IMG/VR virus record: IMGVR_UViG_3300031576_000060
Coordinates: 1 to 52,509 of that record
Origin: a virus
Taxonomy: Duplodnaviria; Caudoviricetes
Reading direction: 5' to 3' (one strand)
Length of the DNA stretch: 52,509 nucleotides
A program made the translations under genes and the position numbers. Below the pieces are notes generated by a model. It saw only the letters and a list, made by a program, of their open reading frames with translations. It did not search any database and had not been told where the DNA came from. Numbering within the stretch: position 1 is the first letter of the stretch; each line of letters opens with the position of its first letter. Positions 36,082 to 42,715 of this stretch are shown here, piece by piece.

Positions 36082-37794
36082 TCAGACGTTCTCGGGGTCG
36101 TCCGGACCGCGGACGTGCCGGAGGGTCCCGCGCAGCGCATCCCTCAAGGCCACACGGTCGACCCGCTTGCGCGCCGAGCGGCCGGGCGAAACCTTCCCGA
36201 CGTCGAAGGCGGCCGGCTCCTCGTCGCTGGAGTGACGGCCCAGGTTGGTGTCGGGCAGGCTGGTGCCCGCTTGATCGGCGCCTGGATGCTGGGGCTTGAC
36301 GGTTGGGTCGGAGAACCCCTCTTCCTCATTGACCCCTTCGCCCATGTTGGCGGCCGGCTCCGAAGTACCGGGCTGGTCTTGCGCGGGATGCTCCTGCTCG
36401 ATCGACCCGGCCTCCAGGCTGTCGACGTCCTGCCCGCTCGACTCCTCGCCGAGCGGCTGCTTGGCCTTCGGGGGCTTGACGGCGTCGGGCTGCTGGTCGT
36501 TGACCTCGCCGGCTTCGAGCGCCTGCCCCTCGACCACCCGGGCGAAGTAGTCGATCGCGGCGGTCATGCGACGGAGCGGCCACACCATCGGCGGTTCGCC
36601 GGTCCGCCGGTCGGACGTCATCTCGACCTGGTCGTTCGTCCCGAGCTGGAGGCGGTAGCGCCCCACCCGCACCTGCTTGCCTTCGAGCAGGATGTCCTCG
36701 ATGCGGGCGCGCGAAACCTTCTTGGTGGCCATGCGCGACTCCTCCGCTTCCTCGGCGGGCGCGTTCTCGCGCTCGTGTTGATCGACCAGTTGTTCGACCT
36801 GCTCGCCCAGCTCCGCGTCCTCCGGCTCATCCGTCTGGGCGCGACGACCGGACGCTCGCAGCTCCGCGTCTTCCTCGGCGAGCTTCTCGGCGTCGTCCGA
36901 TTGACCCGCGACCCCCGGGTTGAACTCGGGCTCGCTTGGCTTATCGGCGCGTCGCCCCTTCACGATCTTGTCGGCGTCGACCGCGTCGTCGAGCGATTGG
37001 CCTTCTTCGGGAACGTCCGGGTGGAACGCCTGCTCGCCCGCATCCCCCGCATCCCCGGCCTGCCGGCCCTTCTTGTCCTTGTCCTTCTGGATCGACCACG
37101 CGACCGCGTACGGCTCCTTGATGTCGGGATCACGCTTCAGCTCGTGCATCGTCTCTTCGGAGACGCCGGGGGGTGTGACGGCCGTCCGGTTGATCTCCGC
37201 GAGCATGAACGCGCGGGCCCGCCGGCTCAACGGATCGGAACCGTCAAGCCCGTTGTTTCGGATCGTCCGGTCGTAGTCGGCCTGCGAGTGGATCGTGGCG
37301 GCGAGCGCGCGCAACCGCTTGACCGGGAGCTGGTGGAACCCGGCGGCCGGCAGCACCTCGTCGAACAGGACACGCGCCATGCTCTTGGGGTACTCGCCGG
37401 TCGCGCGCCGCCGCAGCTCCGCGAGGTCCGCGATCGTGAGCGCCCCCTCCTTGTCGATCGTCCAGATGCGATGGAGCGTGAGGGCGGCGCGACGAAGACC
37501 GTAGTCGCGCGGGTTCGCGCGCGCGGTCCTGACGGCCAATTGGGCCGCGTCCCACTTGGAAATGGCGGGCGTCGGATCGTTCGCGAGCGAGCGGTGGAGC
37601 TGCTCGGCGATCTTGCGCCGCACCACCTCGACGTGCGGGGTCTTGGGTCTGGTGGCAGCGTCGTGCGCGGCTCTCTCGCGCGCATCCAGCTCGCCTCGCG
37701 CCTGCCGGAGATACCGTTGTCCCAGCTCCGAGTTGATGAGCCGGTCGAACGACGTGGTTGCCCCGTAGATCCCGGCCAGATGTCTCGTCTTCAC
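36082..37794 (-). CDS. basic/acidic modular protein, putative head/scaffold-associated
   Basis: GGAGG SD before GTG 37794 (track start 37920); RTAV, RQAG, RRAD, RRAQ motifs; ELKRDPDIKEPYAVAWS module. Confidence 0.7.
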   Translation of the reverse strand: MKTRHLAGIYGATTSFDRLINSELGQRYLRQARGELDARERAAHDAATRPKTPHVEVVRRKIAEQLHRSLANDPTPAISKWDAAQLAVRTARANPRDYGLRRAALTLHRIWTIDKEGALTIADLAELRRRATGEYPKSMARVLFDEVLPAAGFHQLPVKRLRALAATIHSQADYDRTIRNNGLDGSDPLSRRARAFMLAEINRTAVTPPGVSEETMHELKRDPDIKEPYAVAWSIQKDKDKKGRQAGDAGDAGEQAFHPDVPEEGQSLDDAVDADKIVKGRRADKPSEPEFNPGVAGQSDDAEKLAEEDAELRASGRRAQTDEPEDAELGEQVEQLVDQHERENAPAEEAEESRMATKKVSRARIEDILLEGKQVRVGRYRLQLGTNDQVEMTSDRRTGEPPMVWPLRRMTAAIDYFARVVEGQALEAGEVNDQQPDAVKPPKAKQPLGEESSGQDVDSLEAGSIEQEHPAQDQPGTSEPAANMGEGVNEEEGFSDPTVKPQHPGADQAGTSLPDTNLGRHSSDEEPAAFDVGKVSPGRSARKRVDRVALRDALRGTLRHVRGPDDPENV

Positions 37795-37960
37795 GCTCGG
37801 CCTCCGTCGACGCGCGCGCCGCACCACAGTAGGAATTGCGTACCGCGTACTACTGGCTTGCGCCCGTCGCCGGGGAGGTCCGGGTTGACCAGACTTCGTC
37901 CGGGTGATCGCCAGGAACATCCCAGAGTTTTACAGGCGCGTCAAGGTTCTACTTTTCCGC

Positions 37961-38752
37961 TCAGCCGACCGGACGGTCACGCAGACGTACCAGCGCCTCG
38001 AATAGACCGCGGAAACCGTCTTCCTCATGACCTGGCGACCCCTCGACCGCTTCACGGCCGACGGGCCACCGTTTCCCTGACGCGTAGCTCGCGAGCCATC
38101 GCCATACATCTCCCTCGCCCCCGTACATCTCGTCCCGGATGTGCCGGAGGCACCGGATGGCCGCCTGGACGTTGTGGACCCGGTTGAGCAGGTTGGGCTG
38201 ACGGCCGGCGTCGTCCCGGATGCGCGCGCACACGCCGGTCGGCATGATCTGCAAGAGGCCGACCTCACCGCGGCCACCGCGCCGTTGACCCGACGCAACC
38301 GATTCGGCCCAATTGCTCTCGTGCCACGCGATCGCCGCGACCAGATAGCCATCCAGCTCGGCGGAGACGAGTGGGTCGTCCCGGAACGGCCGGACCGCCC
38401 GTTCGATCACGTCCGCGATCCGTACGACATGGTTGTGGTAGAGCGCCACGCTCCTGGGGCGGTTGTGGATCCAGGGCGACCGCTCCATCCCGAACGCCAC
38501 GAGGGTCTCACGAAACTGCCGGGCGGCCCGGTCGTTCCGCTCCGACTCTTCGGCGTGGCGCCGCAAGAACGCTTGATCCTCGCGGACACGGTCGCGCGAG
38601 TTCGCCTCCATCTTGGCGCGCAGCTCCGCGCCGAAGTCCCGGACGACTGGTCGATCGCGCGGTGCAACATGGTTGTCGGCCGCCGCGTCCGTCCCGCACG
38701 CACAGCCGCTCGATAGCAACATGAACAACAAGAGCCATGAGTTGTGCATCAT
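37961..38752 (-). CDS. lytic transglycosylase (SLT domain), probable lipoprotein
   Basis: AIAWHESNW, GEVGLLQIMP, NVQAAIRCL, LASYASG; N-terminal hydrophobic stretch ending LSSGC. Confidence 0.85.
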   Translation of the reverse strand: MMHNSWLLLFMLLSSGCACGTDAAADNHVAPRDRPVVRDFGAELRAKMEANSRDRVREDQAFLRRHAEESERNDRAARQFRETLVAFGMERSPWIHNRPRSVALYHNHVVRIADVIERAVRPFRDDPLVSAELDGYLVAAIAWHESNWAESVASGQRRGGRGEVGLLQIMPTGVCARIRDDAGRQPNLLNRVHNVQAAIRCLRHIRDEMYGGEGDVWRWLASYASGKRWPVGREAVEGSPGHEEDGFRGLFEALVRLRDRPVG

Positions 38753-38791
38753 GGTCGGTTCCCGTAGCACGGCCACCAAGATGCTTGCAAG

Positions 38792-39449
38792 CTAGGCGGT
38801 GGCGGGCATACCGGTTCGCTTGACGGGTGCAACTTCGTCGCCCAGACACAGCCATCCTTCTCGCTGGGTTCTGGCGAACAGCTCCACGTATGGGCCGGGC
38901 GAGACCTTCTCGACGATCTGCCGGTAGAACACCTCGGGCTTGCTCGAATGGCGCTCGTATGGAGCGAAGAAAAGGGAACGGATCGATGCCGAGAGCCGCT
39001 CGGGCCGCCCCATCTGGCCGATCAAGCAAGTCTCATGGGATGCCCTCAACGTCCTCCCCATCCCGAAGTGGAGCTTGTCCTCATCACCCAGCTCTTCGGC
39101 GTCGAACACGGGACCGGGCCCCTTCGAGACCTTCGCCCAGACCACCTCGGTCTTGAGCGTGAATCCCCACGCCTTCATGACGTCGAGCGCTTCCTGCTGC
39201 ATGGACGCGACCCGCCACAAGAACAGCCGGCAATCCGGTGCAAGATAGTGGCGGAGCGGGATCGCCCGACCGGTCTGCGGGTCCCGCTCGAACCCGTTCT
39301 CCGCATCATCGAGGAACCTGGCGATCTGGTCGACGGTCAGGACCCGGTAGTTCTTGGCGGCGCCTCGCGAGGCGCCAGGCAACTTGTCGCCGAAGAGGTC
39401 AAAGCCACGGCGGATCAGCGCAAAGCGTCTTGATCATGAGCGTGGACAT
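38792..39449 (-). CDS. MT-A70 family N6-adenine methyltransferase, requiring a +1 frameshift at CTT-TGA-C (or a pseudogene)
   Basis: GGAGGT SD, ATG 39449, MSTLMIKTLCADPPWL then TGA; the +1 frame continues DLFGDKLPGASRGAAKNY...LFLW...WGF...GMGRTLRASHE...HSSKPE...ELFAR...GW..LGDE. Confidence 0.85.
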
Positions 39450-40098
39450 TCGGCACCTCCTTTCTGTGACGGAGGAAAGCCTCCGCTAGCCGGTACATCC
39501 GAGAGTCAGGACCGTCGTTGTGAAAGAGGTTCATGATGTTGAGCACGAACCGGACATTTCGCTTGGTGTAGCCACCACGCGGGTTGATCCGGTCGCAGCT
39601 CAACGAATTCCATGCGAACCCACGGCCCTTCTCCCCCTTCACCTTGGCCCACTTCATCGGGAGCCCTGTAAGGGCGCAGCACCACTGTTGTGTTTCTAGC
39701 TTCTTCAGAACCCATTCCTTCGTCAGATCAAACGGCACGCTCCTGTCTGACGAGGGACGTATACGGTGATACCCACCGCGCAAAGCGGAATGCCGACATC
39801 TTCGGATGATCTCGGCTGCCGCTCCCCGCTTTGTCATTCGTCTGTACTGCTCAATCCCTTTCGATTCACACACGCGGCAGACATTGTTGATCCACTGCTC
39901 CGACTTATATTCACGGAAGCGGCTTCGACACCGAAATAGCTCGATCGCGAGCATCTTCCTGCACGTGCGACACCGTTTTTTCGTACGGTCCGCGTTGTAG
40001 CTACTGTAGTCAGCCACGATCCACCGTGTGACACGTATTGCACGGCGGATAGCGTTGTCAAGCGTTTTCCGTAAGCCGGTAACCGGGATCGTTTCCAC
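39415..40098 (-). CDS. HNH-like endonuclease (SxDRI...GY...NV family)
   Basis: CRTC...CRVC, CALTG, SLSCDRINPRGGYTKRNVRFV; lower GC; true start may be downstream of 40098. Confidence 0.75.
   Translation of the reverse strand: METIPVTGLRKTLDNAIRRAIRVTRWIVADYSSYNADRTKKRCRTCRKMLAIELFRCRSRFREYKSEQWINNVCRVCESKGIEQYRRMTKRGAAAEIIRRCRHSALRGGYHRIRPSSDRSVPFDLTKEWVLKKLETQQWCCALTGLPMKWAKVKGEKGRGFAWNSLSCDRINPRGGYTKRNVRFVLNIMNLFHNDGPDSRMYRLAEAFLRHRKEVPNVHAHDQDALR
40035..40070 (-). promoter_or_regulatory. possible sigma70-like promoter of the same family
   Basis: GGAAAACGCTTGACA matches the -35 contexts at 21020 and 25726; -10 element weak. Confidence 0.4.
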
Positions 40099-40585
40099 CC
40101 CTTCGACCCTCGACCGTGAACCCGGCCTTCCGCAACTTCTTGATCAGCCCACCGACCGACGCGGCCGCGACACCCGCGCGCGCGGCCAGCTCGTCGCCCG
40201 ACACGAACGAGTCGACGCAGTCGCGCAGGACCGACAACAAGGACGACTGACTGGGCGACAACGATTGCGACGGTTCGCTCCCGTTGGATGGGGCGGGTGA
40301 CGGAGGGAGACCACCCCGCTTCACCGGGGTCGCCACACGACCATCATCAGGTTGGCGGAGCGTGGCAGCCTTCTTGGTCGGCTTCTTGGTCGCCCGCTTG
40401 GTCGGCTTCTTGGTCGATTCCGTCTTGGTCGGACGCCTGGCCGGCATGGCTGCCACGACCGGCTTGGCCGGCTGCTGAACGCGAGGCAACCACTCGCCCC
40501 ACACACTCCTTAGCATCCGACCAAAATGGTTGGCCGCCATCTCCAGGACGAGATCGACCGCCTTGCCCACGACAGAGTAGTCCAC
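40058..40585 (-). CDS. HTH DNA-binding protein (BirA-type HTH_11-like C-terminus)
   Basis: FVSGDELAARAGVAAASVGGLIKKLRKAGFTV...GYRL; Lys-rich KKPT repeats; AAGGAAGG SD before GTG 40585. Confidence 0.75.
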   Translation of the reverse strand: MDYSVVGKAVDLVLEMAANHFGRMLRSVWGEWLPRVQQPAKPVVAAMPARRPTKTESTKKPTKRATKKPTKKAATLRQPDDGRVATPVKRGGLPPSPAPSNGSEPSQSLSPSQSSLLSVLRDCVDSFVSGDELAARAGVAAASVGGLIKKLRKAGFTVEGRRGGNDPGYRLTENA

Positions 40586-40624
40586 AGCGCCTTCCTTTCG
40601 AGTTGCAGGGTTTCCCACAGCTCG

Positions 40625-40652
40625 ACGCTACCGCCCGGCCTGCGGATGTCAA
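40625..40652 (-). promoter_or_regulatory. sigma70-like promoter
   Basis: TTGACA-16 nt-TAGCGT; TTGACATCCGCA is identical to the promoter at 21017. Confidence 0.6.
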
Positions 40653-40846
40653 GAGATATTTGAGATTGGGGTGGACCCGTGTCCGTCCGGTCGGCCCGAT
40701 TGCTCCACAGGCATTTCCCGGACTTCGTGTCGTCCACCACACGAGCACAGCTCGTTGGCCTCATCGACCGACAGGTCAGCGTCCTGCTGGGTGAGCGCAT
40801 CTTCCCACGCGACACCATCCTGACAGTAGACGCCCCACCGCCTCAT
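40649..40846 (-). CDS. hypothetical small protein
   Basis: MRRWGVYCQDG...; ATGA coupling to the upstream gene. Confidence 0.5.
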   Translation of the reverse strand: MRRWGVYCQDGVAWEDALTQQDADLSVDEANELCSCGGRHEVREMPVEQSGRPDGHGSTPISNIS

Positions 40847-41133
40847 CGAAGAGCGCGTTTCCACGACCCTCGGAACTCGTCGCCGGCATCGCGGCGGCGA
40901 CGACCGTGCTTCGACGCGCGCGCCGGTACACGCTCGGGAATGGGGTCGGGCGATGGAGTCACGGGCAACGTCGATCCGCCCTCGCGCGAGAGCTTCCGCT
41001 GCTGCCGGCATGTCCGGCATCGCTTGGGCGCCTTGTAGTCGGATCCGAACTTGTCGGACAGCCACTGCTGTTCGCCCTCCGTGAACACGAACGTGGTACC
41101 ACAGTCCTGGCACTTGATGTCAATGTCGGGCAC
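40843..41133 (-). CDS. zinc-ribbon protein (zf-trcl-like)
   Basis: DIDIKCQDCGTTFVFTEGEQ...PKRCRTCR. Confidence 0.85.
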   Translation of the reverse strand: MPDIDIKCQDCGTTFVFTEGEQQWLSDKFGSDYKAPKRCRTCRQQRKLSREGGSTLPVTPSPDPIPERVPARASKHGRRRRDAGDEFRGSWKRALR

Positions 41134-41686
41134 GCGAACCTCCAGAAAGTAGCCAACGATCGATCCGCCGGTCTTCCTGGCCGGACGTGTCGCACCTGTA
41201 GTTTCGGCAGACCTCCGGTCTGTCCTGGTAGATCGAGCAGTCGTTCTCGGCGGTCAGGTAGACGCACCGGCCGTACACCCGCCGAAGGTAGTGGGCGCCG
41301 CGCGAGTCCACATCCATCTCGTACGTGCCGGCCGCCACTTCCTCGTCGGTCAGGCCGGCCGCCAAGATCATGCAGCAGGGTGCCGGGCATGTCGTGCAAT
41401 CGCGCTTGCCCGTCGCCTGGTTGATGACGGGAAGGCGGCGACGGACCGGCTGCCAGGTGGGCGGCGGAACGGATGGCGGATGGGCGGGTGCTGGCGCTGG
41501 TGCGGCGACCGCCTGGAGGGCGGGCACGAGACTGAGGTGGGATCTGCCACGTCCACGCCACGGACGACGGACGACCTCGGGGGCCCGGCTGGCCAGCCGA
41601 TCGAGCTGGTCGGCCGTCAGGAAGGCGGACAGGTCCACGCCCCCGAGGATCGAGAACTTGCCAAGTTGGATGCCGGGTCGACGCAT
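41120..41686 (-). CDS. YkgJ family cysteine-cluster (Zn/Fe-S chelating) protein
   Basis: CTTCPAPCC...CVYL...CSIYQDRPEVCRNYRC. Confidence 0.85.
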   Translation of the reverse strand: MRRPGIQLGKFSILGGVDLSAFLTADQLDRLASRAPEVVRRPWRGRGRSHLSLVPALQAVAAPAPAPAHPPSVPPPTWQPVRRRLPVINQATGKRDCTTCPAPCCMILAAGLTDEEVAAGTYEMDVDSRGAHYLRRVYGRCVYLTAENDCSIYQDRPEVCRNYRCDTSGQEDRRIDRWLLSGGSRARH

Positions 41687-41700
41687 GCGGTACTACAGAA

Positions 41701-42438
41701 TCAGGTCGATCCCATCGGAAGCGAATCGAGCGCCTTGGCGGTCGCGATGTGCGCGTTGAAGTCGGCCTTGATCTCGTTGGCGAGCGCGATGCTGGTCGCC
41801 AGATCGGTCGCGTCGACCGCCGCGACCGTGTTGGTCGCGTCGTTGACGATGTGGACGCCCGCCTCGGCCAGGTGGGTGTTCCACCGGGCCTTCTCCATGT
41901 TGAGCAGCGTGTTGGCGGTCGCCTGATCGGTCGCGACCGCGGCCGTCACGGTCGCGGCGCTGGCGGCCCGGTGGGCACCGACGTCACCGGTCGACGCCAG
42001 GTGGGCGATCAGCTTGCCGCGCAGCGAGTTGGCCAGCACGATGACGGCCGGCAGGGCGGCGGCGTCCGCGTTCGCCTCGGCCGTGATGCTGGCCGGGTTG
42101 GCCTTGTGGTACGGGGTCGTCGCTTCGGTGCCGCCGCCCGACACCGCCGACACGAACGCCTGGACGACGTCGTTGCGCAGCTTGTTGAACTGGCTGGACG
42201 GCGACAGGATGTCGGTCGCCTGCTCGACGACATCGACCCGAACGGCACCGCTGGTCCTGAGCGACCGAAGCGCCACGTTGTTGTTGACCTCATCGAGCGT
42301 CGCGATCGTGCCGACGTCCACGGTCTCGCCGGGGCTGAGCAGCTCGCGGACGCTTCGACCCCCGGGGCCAGGGCCCGCCTCGAACGTGATGTCCAGGCTG
42401 AGCGGAGTGTTGAGAAGATTCTGGATGTTGATCTGCAC
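41701..42438 (-). CDS. putative virion structural protein
   Basis: AAGGAGAGG SD; N-terminus paralogous to 8561..10192; C-terminal repeated A-T-D..T...LAN.....N.H helices. Confidence 0.7.
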   Translation of the reverse strand: MQINIQNLLNTPLSLDITFEAGPGPGGRSVRELLSPGETVDVGTIATLDEVNNNVALRSLRTSGAVRVDVVEQATDILSPSSQFNKLRNDVVQAFVSAVSGGGTEATTPYHKANPASITAEANADAAALPAVIVLANSLRGKLIAHLASTGDVGAHRAASAATVTAAVATDQATANTLLNMEKARWNTHLAEAGVHIVNDATNTVAAVDATDLATSIALANEIKADFNAHIATAKALDSLPMGST

Positions 42439-42487
42439 GGGCCTCTCCTTGTTGAGGTAGGTGCCGAGCAGTCTAACGTGAGGCAGG

Positions 42488-42502
42488 ACGGAATTTTAGA
42501 AG
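42488..42502 (-). promoter_or_regulatory. conserved 15-mer CTTCTAAAATTCCGT, candidate late promoter
   Basis: Identical copy at 44825-44839; both copies lie just upstream of minus-strand gene starts. Confidence 0.5.
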
Positions 42503-42715
42503 CGGCGGATCGACCACCAAACTACCACGAGCCCCACCCTTGTGTGCCGCGGTGCTGCGGCATCTCATCGTAGCGTTCGGCCGCGACACGCAAGCGCGCG
42601 GTCCGGCGCAAACGACGGCGATGTAGACGTCGCCATTCGGCCGTTTCCCGGCCCAACGGGCCACGGTGCTGTGCGTAACGATTCAAATCTGTGGGTAGTT
42701 TAGCAGATGGGACGG

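Noticed and set aside
37795-37920. Structured leader (CAGTAG...CTACTG) or N-terminal extension of the 36082 ORF
   Set aside because: Only a 6-bp stem in a GC-rich context; insufficient support for either call.
42505-42712. Possible small ORF or structured RNA in the intergenic gap
   Set aside because: No convincing SD, codon bias, or recognisable tRNA/ncRNA fold by eye.
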